Positions 45,474-59,661 of a DNA stretch of 64,000 bases are shown piece after piece. The stretch is from Eledone cirrhosa (taxonomy: Eukaryota), in assembly GCA_964016885.1 (NCBI GenBank), contig OZ024741.1, positions 386,446,001 through 386,510,000 of the forward strand. Direction: 5' to 3'. Within the stretch, counting starts at the first letter, position 1. Each line of letters opens with the position of its first letter. The notes under the pieces are model-generated. The model was not told the DNA's origin. It made no database searches and saw only the letters and a list, made by a program, of their open reading frames with translations. The translations under genes were made by a program, and so were the position numbers.

Positions 45474-45478
<5 letters not shown>
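43540..45478 (+). mobile_element. 3' part of a Penelope-like element (GIY-YIG and pLTR)
   Basis: WYNAP, CNC..CPL..CL..NLVY...YIGST, CNLCLAEK, CNH. HHR at 45288, TTGAGTGC motif, ends at (TA)n. Confidence 0.85.
45288..45353 (+). ncRNA. Minimal hammerhead ribozyme
   Basis: ttttat-CTGAAGA-gaacacaa...ttgtattc-GAAA-T-ACGT-A-TA-ataaaa. Confidence 0.75.
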
Positions 45479-45519
<41 letters not shown>

Positions 45520-45520
<1 letters not shown>

Positions 45521-46028
45521 TTTCAGATACTGTGAAGAAATTCATTTGAAGAAAAGCTTTCAAATCGACCCCGTGTTTGCTCCAAGTAAAGAACTCATTC
45601 GTCATGCCATACTCTATAAATTTCACTGATGGAATAATGCAAATGCAGCAGTGAAATTCATCAAAAACACATATGGTAATGTAGTTTGTGAAAGAACATG
45701 TAGGAGATGTATTTCCTGTTTCAGAAGACCGAGGGGAGGGGCATAATTCTAAAGGATGTGCCACGAGAAGGTCGCCCAAGAGGACTTAATTGTGAGGTAA
45801 TGACAGAAGAGGTCGAAAATGTGTTAGTCTCTTATTTCAGGTCAAAAACCAAAAGAATTCCATACACGTAGCATCAAAGGGCTTGTTGAAAGATGTGATA
45901 AGGTCGTCGAAAAGAATGCTCTCTATGTTTTTCTATTGATGGTTAAATACATCTATTATAACCAATATTTTATTTCATTTGTCAATGAAAAAAGAAGAAA
46001 AATAGAGCAGAATTTTCGTTACAACTTG

Positions 46029-46029
<1 letters not shown>
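45520..46029 (+). mobile_element. Internally deleted mariner transposon relic
   Basis: KELIRHAILYKF and LKDVPREGRP (HTH region) joined to [24 protein letters not shown] (C-terminus). TIR-like end ttttcgttacaacttga. Confidence 0.75.
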
Positions 46030-46079
<50 letters not shown>

Positions 46080-46104
46080 CGTACATATATATATATATAT
46101 ATAC

Positions 46105-46178
<74 letters not shown>

Positions 46179-47099
46179 GTGTGTGTGTGTGTGTGTGTGT
46201 GTGGCTTGGGGTAGATTTGATTGGTAACATATATAACGAAGAAAGAGAGAATGGAAGAAGCACAAGAAACGATTTCCAGCAAAGCAACGTTGTAAATATC
46301 GATAATTCAGAAGAAAAAAAAACAGAAGCTGAGATGTTAAAATTAAGTTGAAGCAATTCGCCGCTCGAACAGCAGAACTAAATTCTGCTTGAAGAAATTG
46401 AAAAGTAAGATGTAGTATAGAAATAAAATATACATCTTTGATATACATTTTAAAGAGTTTACTTGAAATAAGCACAAAAAAGTAAAAGAAAAATGCTAGA
46501 CTGATTGGAATGGTGTTGATTAAATTTCGAAAATTGAAATTTGCTTCGTTAGAAAATTAATCCAAAATATTTCACTGCATATTTAAGCAATCGATCAATT
46601 AAAAGAAAATAAAGAAAAGAAAGAAAAGAAAAGATTTTTATGTCTTCCAAATCTTGGACTTTGTTTCAAAACTTCTGACCAAATTCATTGTGAACATTCG
46701 TTGGAAACACTTTGGTTGAAAGATGTTTTGGTAGTGAGACATTCTTAGTATAAAAAAAGAAAGAAAAAAGAAAAAAAAACAATTATAGAAATATACAAAA
46801 ACTTATTGCCGACTAAACTGACCTTAATGTCTTGGAGTCCTTTCACACAACTGAGACCGGTCGTTACCAGTTGAGTGCAATTGTGGCACTCACTAATAAA
46901 TTTGTTTACGACACCCAGGGCCTCTCTGCCTGCAATCTCTTCTTTTCGACCAGTTTGGTTGTTTTGAGAGAAAAAAAAGCACAGGTCCTTTTGTTGAGGG
47001 CAATGTTTTCAGAAGGCTGGCTGACAAAGTCATCTGTAGGTCTGTTGCCTCTGAACCGGGCAGTGCAATTTAGGGTTCGTGTAGCTGGTGTTTGTGATG

Positions 47100-47720
47100 G
47101 GGCTGCCTATGTTGCTAAGTAAGTCATCAAAGACTGCCCACCTAAGCCAGTGTTGATTGATACTCCACCAGGTGCAGATGATCCCGAGTGAAGATGTTCT
47201 CATGCTTGAGCCACCGATCTTCTCGTCTGCCATCCGATCGACCCTCAAGTCCGCGTTTTACCAGCTTGAAACTCGTGAGGAGACTGCGTCTAATCAACGA
47301 GCATCCAGCTTTCTTTCTGTGGGTGAACTGCTTCGCCATGACGAAGCTTTTTTATACCTTTCGCAGCGTCCTCTCTTACACTTATGCATGCTATCTCACA
47401 GATCTCGTTGACTGCATCTGGCATGGCGCGGAGAAGATATGCAACGTTCAGTTCGATGACACTGGATGGCAACAAGCTACCTTAATTCTGTTTCCAGTTT
47501 CATTGGCAATGTTGACATTTCTTTCGTCGTTGTCCTCAACAAGGTTCTCTACAACACACCAGAGCCTACTACGATCAGCGCACTCGTGGCGGCCTAAGCA
47601 GCTTGGAACTGACTTGGCTCCTATTCCTGTTGACGTCCAATCTTCCCAATGCACAACAAAACCTCGGTCAACTTTGTACACCTGCTTGACCAGCACCATC
47701 TGCCTCCCAGCCATACAGCT
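47100..47720 (+). mobile_element. CRE-like non-LTR retrotransposon relic
   Basis: RLRLINEHPAFFL..CFAMTKLFY and DDTGWQQATL resemble the post-RT region of CRE-clade elements. No catalytic motifs seen. Confidence 0.45.
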
Positions 47721-47831
47721 GTGATTTTACAGAAAATCTAACTTATATCTTAGTAGGGATATAACATTTCACAATTTTCATTCGTCTAATTGACAATGCA
47801 ATTTTATTGATATTTAACTTATATAGCTTTA

Positions 47832-47972
47832 AAGGCGGTGAATTGACAGAGTGGTGTGAACGCCAGATAGAATGTTTTGCAGTATTCGTTTCGGCTCTCT
47901 GAGTTCAAATCCCTGCCTTTCATCCATTCAAAGTCAATAATAAATAGCACCAGTCAAGTACTGGGGTCGATT
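47832..47972 (+). mobile_element. Older SINE related to family A
   Basis: gagttcaaatcc, gcctttcatcc, aagtactggggtcgat. Confidence 0.7.
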
Positions 47973-48504
47973 CTTCCTCTATATCTCTTTCTCACTTCCA
48001 TTCTCTCACTTTCTATCCTTCTCTGGAAGAAATCTGATTTATTCAGACCCGGAGAAGAGATGAGCTTCAACAGGCTTTAAAAATTCCCTAGAACCGCCGT
48101 GTGTCAATATGGCGCCCCTACAACTCCCTCGGAAGTTACGGGATTAAAGAAAAAAAATATGTTTAAAAAATAAATTTAATAAAATTACGTACAGCCTCCT
48201 TTACGTACAACTAGTTCCCTTTCGTTGAAAGATAAACTCGGTTTAATATTAAAATTACAATACCTCTTATGATTTTTTTGCATGAACACTGCTTTTTCAC
48301 AATTTCAAATTGAACACACGCAAACAGAAGCAATTATTAAACCAACCCTGATTCCATGCTTGGTTTTCTCTTTTTGTTCTTCACCCCTCTTGTTATACAT
48401 TGAGTACAGACATATACAGGCCATTATTATTTGTTTGGTATTGGTACCCTGTTTTTTTTATTTCTCCATCCAACCTATTATAATTAATCCATTCCACAAT
48501 ATAT

Positions 48505-49205
48505 AGGTTTAGCGTTAGGGTTAGGTTTAGTGCTAAGATTATGGTTTGGCGTAGGGTTAGTGTCAGGGCTACGGTTAAAGTTAGGGTTACGGCTAGGATT
48601 ATGGCTATCACATAAGGTTATGGCTATTACATTGTAAACAATTTAGTTAGGATTAGGTCTAGAGTTAGGGGTTAAGGGATTAGGGATGGATTTAGGATAG
48701 GGTTAGCGTTAAGGTTAGGGTTATTTTTAGGGTTTATTTTAGGTTTAGAGCTAGCGCTAATGCTAGTTAGTGTTAAAGCTAGTTTGAGGCTTAGGGCTAG
48801 GGTAGGTTTATAGTTAGTTTTAAAGTTATCGTTAGAATTATGGTTAGAGTTATGTTTAGGGTTACAGTTAAGGTTAGGAATAGGTTTAAGGTTTGGGTTA
48901 GTATTAGTGTAAATGTTAGGGTTAAATTTAGGGTTAGAGTTAGGATTGTGGTTAGAATTAGGATTAGTGTATGCTTTAGTGTTAGGATTAGGGTTAGGCT
49001 TACGGTTAGGACTAAGTCCAAGGCCATGGCTAGGGTTAGGGCTAACATTAGGTTTTGTGTTAGGGTGAGGGTTAAGCTTATGGTCAGATTTAGGTTTAAG
49101 GTTAGAGTTAGATTTAGTGTTAAAGTTAGTGTTTGGGTTAGTGTTAGGGTTAGGGATAGGATAATGGTTACGGTTAGAGTTAGAGTTAATGTATACGTTT
49201 AGGAT
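48505..49205 (+). repeat. Degenerate (TTAGGG)n-like hexamer array
   Basis: 6-nt periodic ttaggg/ttagtg/ttagag/ttaagg variants. Confidence 0.85.
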
Positions 49206-50889
49206 TGATGATATGTTGGAACGTGGCCCCATTCGCTTTCATATGTGACTATCGAATGCTTAAGACTCATACTAAACCTTTTCTTCTTCTTTTCACAGTT
49301 CTAAAATATTCTCAACGATTAAGCTGGTCTGTGTTTGCTGTCAAAGGCAGTTGATATTCCTAAAATCGCAATTACAATTCCTTCCTGCCTTTTTAAATTC
49401 TTAATCGTTACACGCTTAAAGAAGTTCGCCACCCCACCACGATTTAATATCGCATTATACAACAGATATTTGCTAGATAAAGGGTTTGGCCAATTTTACA
49501 GATGATGCGTTTCTAAATTCAGTTTGACAATATTAAATATAAAAATAAAAATGGACAATTGGTAAATAAAAGGTATTGTGAGTTTCGAGTACAAAATCAA
49601 ATAAATGCAACAATATATACGATAAAATATTCAACTAGATACAGTGATTAATTTGATAAGGATGCAATTTCAAACGATATGAATTTACAAATTATTTCCA
49701 CTTTACAATTTAAATAAATGAAATAATTAATAAGACGAACATTTTTAATTGAAAATTCTAACAGCAGAAAAGGAAATTAAGGATGAAGAAAAGTCATAAG
49801 TAGAAGCCCTTTCTGAGCAACATTTTAATGCCATTTCTTGCATATAGAACGAATGAAGAATACTCCTTTGTAGTTAGCTACTTGTTCATGTATGTGATTA
49901 TATTATATAAAGCATCTCCATCTTATATACTTCAGTAATATCATAGTTCTTGAAGTATCCATCAAAATACACCCCAACAATGCCACTAGTAATCACATTG
50001 CAAACAATCTAATCCTAAAGCGGTATTCTAGGTATTTCTTTTAGTAAATACATAATTGGTTCATAAATATTATAGAAAAATTAGGCGTTGGTATTGGTAT
50101 GTCAACTTTAAAAATACCATTGCACATTAGTCTAAATACTACTAGTATAAGAGATGTCAGAGGAGGGGGCGGGGGGGGGGGGGAGAAGAAGAAGAAGAAG
50201 AAGAAGAAGAAGAAGAAGAAGAAGAAGAAGAAGAAGAAGAAGAAGAAGAATCAACTTTCCCATTATTAAGCTGAAACATAATTTAACGTACCTTCTTACA
50301 TAACATTATGATGGAATGATTTTAGGTAAATATTAAAATACACAGCTTTATTTCAGAATTGGGGGTAGTTTCAGGTGGTTTCGTCTCAAAGGTGTTAATC
50401 TTGAGTGATAGATTTAACCTTAGTTGTAGATTTAATATCTTGGGGGGTAAACTTAATCCAGTATAGAATTTATTGATAATGGACAGAATAAGTATTTCCC
50501 TTACACATAGAATTATTTTATCTCTGATCAATGTAAATGCTATAAATTATTTGTATTCACAAAGCAAGAGTCTACCTATCTCTAAAATAAATATATTGAA
50601 TGCAAGAGGCAAGTTTTTTGGGGTTTTATTTTTTCAATATTCTATTTTATGAGTATTCAAGTCATGATATGTTATTTGCGTGTGAGTGAGTGTGCGTGAG
50701 TGTAAATGTGTGCGCTTGTGCGCTTGTGTGTGTGTGGTTCATAAGTTTATTGTTTCATTGTTTTATTTACGTTTTAGCTGGAGGAATATAATGCGATGTA
50801 ATATAAATCTACAGAAACGATAACTCCAGCTGTCAGGTTTTATTCAACCTGCTGTTTCTTCTACATTATATCAACATCTTAGATATGAG

Positions 50890-51150
50890 AATGCGTGAAT
50901 TAATGGTTAAGTTGTTAGACACTTTATTTCTCCATGATTCACTCCAGCCAGCTGGCAAAAATGTGTTATACCTGTAATTCAAAGAGGCATGTTTTGTCAC
51001 ATCTTATGTATGCCACACTGAATCCGTCTGAGATCTTCGTTGAGGGTGCGCGTTTCTGTCGAATGCTCAGTCACTTGCACGTAAATTTCTCAAGTAGGCT
51101 GTTCTGTTGATCGAATCAAATGGAAGACTCGTCATTGGAACCGAAGGGGC
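50890..51150 (+). mobile_element. Degenerate SINE-like repeat
   Basis: tRNA-like start (taatggttaag) and gacactttattt segment. Confidence 0.45.
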
Positions 51151-51440
51151 TTTAACACAATTTCACAGCAAGCGTCTACCTATCAATATAATATTGAATA
51201 CACGAGACAAGTTTTTTCCATATGCTATTTTTACAATTATTCAAGTCATGGTATGTTATTTTTATGTTTGTATGTTGTTTGTTTCATAATTTTATTATTT
51301 CCATTTAAGCTGGAAGTATATAATATAATATAATTCTATAGAAAAGATAACGACGCCTGTCTGAGTACAGCAGATTTCTTCCGGAGAAAGATAGAAAATG
51401 AGAGAGAGAGAGAGGAAATAAGAAAGAGATATAGAGGAAG

Positions 51441-51597
51441 AATCGACCCCCAGTACTAGACTGGTACTTATTTTATCGACCTTGAAAAGATGGAGGCAAA
51501 GTTGACCTGGGTGGGATTTGAAGGCAGAGGACCGGAACGAATACCATAAAGCATTCTATCCGACCTTCTAACGACTCTGCCAAATCGCCGCCTTTAA
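51441..51597 (-). mobile_element. Older SINE related to family A
   Basis: Reverse complement of the 47832/51822 type. Confidence 0.75.
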
Positions 51598-51819
51598 CGT
51601 AGGCATTAGTAATATGTAAATGTCCATTTCAGTAATACTACTATATTTGAAAGGCTTTTTAAACCTTCGATTACGTATTTCCTTGTGATTGTTTGATGTA
51701 CATATTCTCTGCTGAAGCTTCAATTAGGGTTAAAAAAATCGATTAAAGAGAGTCATCCTTTATTTATTTACAGAAAATTACGTAAATTTGACAATTTTAC
51801 ATGTCAATATATTGAATGT

Positions 51820-51972
51820 GAAAGGTGGCAGAGTGGTTAAGAGGTCGAATAGAATGCTTTACGGCGTCCCACCACATTGTGCGTTCTGGGTTCAAATCCC
51901 GCCGGGATCAAGTTTGGCTTTCATCCTTTCGAGGGCGATAAAAGAAGTACCAGTCCAGTACTGGGTCGATTC
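51820..51972 (+). mobile_element. Older SINE related to family A
   Basis: tggcagagtgg A box, ggttcaaatcc B box, and core. Confidence 0.75.
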
Positions 51973-52155
51973 TTCCTCTGTAGAAAAAAATCGGCTGTGT
52001 TCAGACGTTGAGAAGGTTGGGTTCCGCCAGGTTTAAAAGTGCCCTAGATACGCCGTTTGATAGTCTCTCTACGATTCCACAAGAAGGTATGGGATCTTTA
52101 TCCTTATCCTTATACTCAATGTGTAATTTTATACGTACGTTTAAATTCTGTACTG

Positions 52156-52207
<52 letters not shown>

Positions 52208-52211
<4 letters not shown>

Positions 52212-54570
52212 GAATTGGTACTCTGAAATACCGAGAAAGGGAAAGATAGAGAGATGAAGATAAAAACGAAGAAAGGGAGATATAGATGGTATAAAATAAT
52301 AACATAAGGAAAATAAGAATAAAGGTATATGATGCGTGACCGTTTTTTTTTTCAAATATTAAGTTAGGTAGAAACGATCAATTAAAGACCGTGAAATTTT
52401 TACTCTATAATATTTGAAAGAAATTATACTATTATATTATATCAAAATTAAAACAATATAAAGTGATATAAGATAATACAACATATTTTCAATGATAATC
52501 TGGAGCAAATTTAAATGAGTAAATATATTCAATAATTTAGTTATAAAATTAAAAATTAAAAATATTATTAACTAACAATGGTGCTTACAAATATAGTAAA
52601 TATGATATTATTAAACTTAACTTACTTAGATATTAGCATCTGTATAATCATTTTATATAAACAATACTATTTAAATCGATATTTGTCAATTACATATAGG
52701 ATTAATTATTAGTTATATTTACACTTGAGAGTATTAATATTTCGATTCAACCAAATTTAACTGTATTCAATACAATACATCAAGTTAAATATAGATTATT
52801 AATCAATTTAGATAAAACGAAACTTATACATGATAAATGTAAACAATATATTCGTACAACGTATCCAAACGTTTAAATTAAATTAAACAGTTTAAAAGTC
52901 TGAAGATATTACAGATCCCAAATTTATAAAATACAGGATTTAAAAAGAGGATTCTAAATCGAAACTAAAGGTATTTAAACAATCAAGAGATTATCATACT
53001 CTTAGAAAGAACAGGTATGCATTTCCTAAGGTGAGGTAGAACATTATACACAATATCAATAATAACAATAATAGCAATAATAGTAGCATTACAAGAATTA
53101 TTAATAAGAGTCAATATATTTTCTCACTCAGTCAATGTTTTTTCCTAATTTTATATGATCCTTGAAATGTTGTTGCAGATTTATGGAGGCAATTTGAAAA
53201 TAACTCACTTTTTTTATTAATTAAATTACCATAATTAGCAATTATTAACAGAGTCTCGGTATTGCAAAGATTGTAGGTGAAATGGAATTATTCCGATAAA
53301 CTTCACAATTTTCGAAGTTTAGTCCAAAAGATTGAGTATTTTATATTTTTTCTCTTTTAAAGACCATATTAATTGTGATAAAGAAGTAGAACATTTCTTA
53401 TCCGGATTAGAAAAATAATGTTTATGATTGGAAAATCTCAGTTTAAAGTTCGATGAAGTTGCACCTATGTAGTTATAGGTAATATTATTATTTGCTTTAA
53501 CGGTACATTTATATACTAAATTCTTATCAAGGCAGTTATTTTGCAAAGGGCATTCAGATTTTCTTCTACAGTTACTGTTCGATTTCATGTTATTTCTATG
53601 ATCTAAACCGTTCGCATTATCATTGCTAATATTTGTAGGTGTTCTACTGTAAGTGCTTAAATTAATGTTATTGTCATCCTCTGTAACTATAGTATTATTA
53701 TTATTAATATTGTCATTATCGCTAATTATCTGTTGGTTAGAACTAAGAATTCTGCTATTTATTTTTGCAATATTTTGAGCCATATTCATAGTTGTTGAGT
53801 AAGATAGTTTAATTGTGTGGCTATTGAAGATAGAGTAGTATGTATGTGTTCTAGGGAAACATTTATCTAATGATTTAAAAAATAATTGTGCTAAGGGTGT
53901 TTTAATAGCTAAAGATGCTGGTGGGGCATACCAAATAATAGATTTAGTTCTAATTTTGTTCCCCGATTTATTCACGAAATTGGTATTTTTATTTATATTT
54001 ATATTATTTTTATTTTTACAGTCTGCTTTATTTATATTATTCCTATTATTATGAATATTTAGTTTATAATTACAATTATTATTTTCTACATATTCAATAT
54101 TATTTTTATATCCTGTCTTATGCACGCTTCATTATAATATCCAGCTTTACTATTTAAAATGGATTTGTTAGCAGATAATCTAGTTAAACGTTGTTGAACA
54201 CTATTGACTATTGCATTTTTAACACATTTAGGATGATTGGAATAAAAACTAACATAATTTAGGTTTTCATTGGGTTTATAGAAAGGGTAATATAGGCCTG
54301 AGTTTAAATTAAGGGTTACGTCTAGGAAGTTAACTACTTTACTGTTACTTTCTACTTCTAATTTCAGGTCGTAATTTTTAAAGGATTCATAATTGTTTCT
54401 TTACTCTATTTAGTTCACTATTGCTATGTTTAACTACAGTAAATAATATATCATCTTTATATAAACCACCGTTAATCTCCAGCAGTTTTCTATTTATCAT
54501 ATTAAGGATAAAAATTCCCAGAAGATCGGTAACCTGCGCAGAATCGGACGATCCCATGGTAATATGTAAT
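52208..54570 (-). mobile_element. 5'-truncated Penelope-like element (RT C-half, GIY-YIG, AT-rich 3' region)
   Basis: MGSSDSAQ, GGLYKDD, FLDVTL, WYAPP, C..CPL.N.CL..NLVY, YIGAT. Ends at (TA)n. Confidence 0.88.
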
Positions 54571-54624
54571 ATCGAAATTTTTCTGCCTATCCGAACGAGT
54601 CCAAAAATCATTATTAAAATTGGG

Positions 54625-54649
<25 letters not shown>

Positions 54650-54655
<6 letters not shown>

Positions 54656-54780
54656 TATAAGCTATCACCGTATCTTTGACTAAATAAATTTTTAGCCTGA
54701 TAGTGGGGTTTAGAGCCCTCAGAGAAACCCCACTATCAGGCTAAAAATTTATTTAGTCAAAAATACGGTGATAGCTTTTA
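54650..54780. mobile_element. Short palindromic cassette, same family as 37703-38036
   Basis: aagctatcaccgta..tttagcctgatagtgggg followed by its reverse complement; (TA)n on both sides. Confidence 0.75.
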
Positions 54781-55099
54781 TATATACATATATATATATA
54801 TATAAATTTATCATATATGTATATATGTATGTATATGTATATGTGTGTGGTGTATATGTATGCACTTATATGGGTTTTTTGGCACAAGACAACTGGTTGA
54901 AAAACGGTGTTTTGTTTTAAATTCACCCTTTAAAATAAGTACGAGATTGAAATATGGTTGCTGAAAACCTTGCTATTGGTGTTCCAATATGACTGTTGTT
55001 GAATGACTGAAACTAGTAAAACAATAAATATATAATAGAAATGCGTGTGTGCGGGCCTACTTATCTCTTTTCTAATGGCACATCTGTCTCATAATCCAT

Positions 55100-55965
55100 G
55101 CCCCCCCCCCCGCCTCTCTTGCTGCATCTCCTCCTCTCTATCCTCTCTTTCTCTCGCTGTTTCCTCCCTCAATTCGTCACCTTTATCCCTCCCTGTGTGT
55201 TTATCTCGTACCCCCCCCCCCCACATTTTCTCCCTCTTCTCCTCTCTCTTGCTCTCATCTTTACCCCACTCTGTGTGTTTGTCTCCCCCCCCCATTTTCT
55301 CCCTCTTCTCCTCTTTCTTGCTCTCATCTTTACCCCTCCCCGTGTGTTTGTCCCCCCCCCCATGTTCTCCCTCTTCTCTCTCTTGCTCTCATCTTAACCC
55401 CTCCCCGTGTGTTTATCTCCTCCCACCCCACATTTTCTCTCTCTCTTCCCGTCTCTTACGTTCTCTCTTCCTCTCATATCTATCCCTTTTTCTGCGTCTG
55501 TCTCCTCTCTCCTCCATTTTTTCTCTCTTTTCCTTTACTTCCCTTCTCTCTTACTCTCCCTCTCTCACTCTCGCTCTTATGCTCTAACTCTCACTCTCAC
55601 TGTCCCTTCCCTCAATTCTCCCTTGCTTTTTTTCTCTTTGTCTCTCCCCTCTCATTCTCCTGCTCCCCCGCCCTCCTCTTTATCCCTCCCTGAATGTCTG
55701 TCACGTCTCTCCTTCCCTTTTCACTCTCTTCTCCTCTCTTACTCTCTCTCTTACTCACTCTCTCCCTCTCCCACTCCCACCTCCCTCAATTCTCCCTTGT
55801 CTCCCCCATCTCTCTCTCTCGCTGTCATACTCTTTGTCTCTCTCCCCTCTTTCTCTTACTCTTCCGCTCTCCCGCCCTCTGTATCCCTCCCTGTATGGCG
55901 GTCACGTCTCTCTCTTCGTTTTCTCTCTCTACCCCATCCATTTCCCTTCCATTTCTCTTTCTTAT

Positions 55966-56037
<72 letters not shown>

Positions 56038-56052
56038 TCTCTCTCTCTCTCT
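55100..56052. repeat. Pyrimidine-rich degenerate minisatellite (~65-75-bp unit) ending in (CT)n
   Basis: cgtgtgttt.tc(c)n.attttctccctcttctc..tcttgctctcatctt recurs about four times. Confidence 0.75.
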
Positions 56053-56304
56053 CACAGTTTCCTTTAAGAGAAATAATCATCAGCAGTATCGAAGACATCA
56101 AATGTAGCTAACGAAATCCACGAGTCTTTGTTAGCAAAAAACAAAACAAAACAATGTTTTCAGTATTTTTTCCGACGCCATCTTATATCTACTGTGAGAT
56201 TCGGCGTCAGTGATCTGTTATACATCCAATACACACCTTAACTACCAATCATGACAACACAAATAAATGTCTTTCGTCGACAAAGAAAATAAAAGCAATA
56301 AAAC

Positions 56305-56839
<535 letters not shown>

Positions 56840-57094
56840 ATCTTTCTAATATATCTCTTTGCATTTTAGACAGACTGCTTGATTTAAATTTGTGTAAGAA
56901 TGATAGATCGTTCGTTGCAGTCGCCGCTGCTGACTGAATAGATGTGTTTCCGGTCTCGTAAGCGTATTCGGTCGTCAATTTTTGTATATATAAGTTTCTT
57001 TTTGTTTTTTCTGTATTGTTTTTGTGATTTTTTTTTTAATGGATGTAATGCTTCGAAATATCTGTTTTATGCAGCTTATTTCTGCGTTCTCCTA

Positions 57095-57262
57095 GCACCA
57101 CAACCACGACGGCGATGAAGACAACCACGACAACGAGAACTACCACCACCACCCCCACTATAGACACTAGCTCACCTTCATCACCACCATCGTCACAGTC
57201 GTTTCCACCAGCACCACTACCACCACCGACAACCTCATCATCACTACAGCCATACCACCACC

Positions 57263-57294
<32 letters not shown>

Positions 57295-57382
57295 CAACAG
57301 CAACAACAACAAAAACAACAACAGCAACAACAAAAACAACAACAAGAACAACCACCACAACAACAACCACAACCACTACCAC
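57095..57382. repeat. (CAC)n/(CAA)n low-complexity tract
   Basis: Direct reading. Confidence 0.85.
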
Positions 57383-58034
57383 TTGTTGAGGGAACTTTTG
57401 TCATCTTTCCTCGATCCAGCATGGTGCAATAAAAATTAAAAATAATACTATTGCACACATGCGTAAATTTACCAACAAGGTAAATATTTGTACATACGGA
57501 CAAAATGACAAGCCTAAAAAGCCGCTAGAAATAGCAGTTAACATGGACTGTCCAATCTGCTCACCATTTATTAGGAATAGTATTTATTATTACACATAAT
57601 TGAAATTGCCACGAATATAAATAACATGTCAATAAAAAGAGAACATTAAAAAGATGTTATTCAGAGAGGCAAATATATCAACAAATATACCTTACAGAAA
57701 CCCTCTAACGAAGAATTGGTCTGGTAATGATGGCTATGTCAATCTATTGGAATGGTCAGATTTATTCTTCAGTTCAGAAACTGCAATCAAATTGTAGTCA
57801 AATAATTTTAGACTTCCTATATTTAGGTTGCTTGATTGTGAGTATATCCCTAGGGAAAGATGCTTGTGGAGTGTTTTAGAGTACGTTACTGGGATCTATC
57901 CACCAGTGATTTTGTATAAGATACTCTATATATATTTTTTCTTCTTTGAATCAGATATTTTAACGATATTTTTCATTGAGACGATATGTATTCGTGGCCA
58001 ATAAAGAAATCATTATTATGTGTTATATATATAT

Positions 58035-58121
<87 letters not shown>

Positions 58122-58130
<9 letters not shown>

Positions 58131-58733
58131 AATATGGGTGAGAAGAATACTGCTGGTTGCACATGGATAACATGTTATAAAATGAGTCCCTCATCAGTGA
58201 TTTACCAAACGATCATGGGTATTTCATCGCATTAAAAATCATATACCTCACGTTGGAGCGATAATAACTAAAATAAGTTATTAGGACAATAGAAACGCGT
58301 AAAGCGAGTGAGACGAGTAAACAACACAGGGGGAAGCTAACCGAAGATGGAAATAAACACAAGCAACATAGTTATTCTTTCAGCATAAGCTGTGTGAATA
58401 TATGAGCGAGTCAGAAACAGACCTTTCGCTAGTGAATCCGGTGTTAGAAAGAATGAAAACCGTTTTCCCAGCGAACGGGAGGAAGAAAGAAAGGGAGAAA
58501 CAGGGACTGAGTGAGTGGGAGTGCAAGGAAGAGGTCAGTAGAGAGAAAGAGTTAACTGACATGGCAGAGGGGGCGAAAGAAAGTAAGAGAAACAGAGAGA
58601 ACGAGGGAGCAGTAAGAGAGAAAGAGAGAAACACAGAATTGCAGTTTGGGTAAATATATGAAAAATATGGGTGAGAAGAATACTGCTAGTTGCACATGGA
58701 TAACATGTTATAAAATGAGTCCCTCATCAGTGA
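58122..58733 (-). mobile_element. Non-coding unit bounded by ~78-bp direct repeats containing CTGATGA
   Basis: 58122-58200 equals 58655-58733 with one mismatch; abuts (TA)n. Confidence 0.6.
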
Positions 58734-59195
58734 CATACATATATGTATACAGACGTACAGTAGTATGTATATATATATATATACATACATGCACACATAT
58801 ATATATGTACGTATGGATTCACCGATCATTTATTATAATGCTCGGTGTGTTTGTAAACAAACATCCCGAATTAAGCCGTACAGTGTCTAGCAACCATCGT
58901 TGCGCATTTGTTCAACACTGACAAAGGAACGCTGTACTAGTTTCAAGCTTATTAGCTATCATCAGCAACGTATACCTTCCTGCCAGATGATTGAACGTCT
59001 GAAAGTATATACTTTCCTTATGCATATTAACGGCTGAGCAGCCTAATTTGCATATCGAGTGAGTTAATCGGCCGGGGTACCATACGTACATATATATATG
59101 TGTACATGTATGTATATATATATACATACTACTGTACGTCTGTATACATATATTATGTACGTATACATACTTATATTTAAGTAACAGCCGTACTA
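58734..59195. mobile_element. MITE-like element, second copy
   Basis: Arms at 58734-58816 and 59080-59152; same arm sequence as 18641-19046. Confidence 0.7.
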
Positions 59196-59229
59196 AGGGT
59201 GAGAAATGAAATTACGTTTCATTTTTTCC

Positions 59230-59291
<62 letters not shown>

Positions 59292-59371
59292 ATGTATATA
59301 TATAACAACAGTTAGTTCACTATACCGAGAACAATTGTTTCACCTTAGCGGATCCTCACTGTTGTGCTACC

Positions 59372-59477
<106 letters not shown>

Positions 59478-59617
59478 AGTGTAATTTTCTACACAAAACG
59501 AAGATTATAGAGAAAATTGAGGTTGGTAATGGCACATGGAATATATAAGAGACAGAATACTTTTTTGTGAAAAAACATATAATTTTATAAGGTAAGGAAA
59601 TAATAAAGGGTATAAAA

Positions 59618-59661
59618 AATGACCGGTTTCGATGGGTCTGCAAAAGCCATCTTTTCAAATG
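59618..59661 (-). ncRNA. Minimal hammerhead motif
   Basis: at-TTGAAAA-gatgg...ccatc-GAAA-CCGG-TC-at. Confidence 0.65.

Noticed and set aside
48672-49232. Asn/Pro-rich 186-aa ORF
   Set aside because: Translation of the degenerate CCCTAA array.
49270-50560. Possible exons or RT relic in AT-rich unique DNA
   Set aside because: There is an acceptor-like site near 49299 and a faint ISTAFDS RT-like peptide on the minus strand, but neither extends.
57036-57503. PolyQ/polyH ORF suggesting a transcription-factor exon
   Set aside because: Simple (CAC/CAA)n tract with no adjoining domain or convincing splice sites.
57690-57930. Possible host exon in unique-looking sequence
   Set aside because: Splice-like signals are present, but the frames I read hit stops and no protein is recognisable. 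RNA-seq would be needed.
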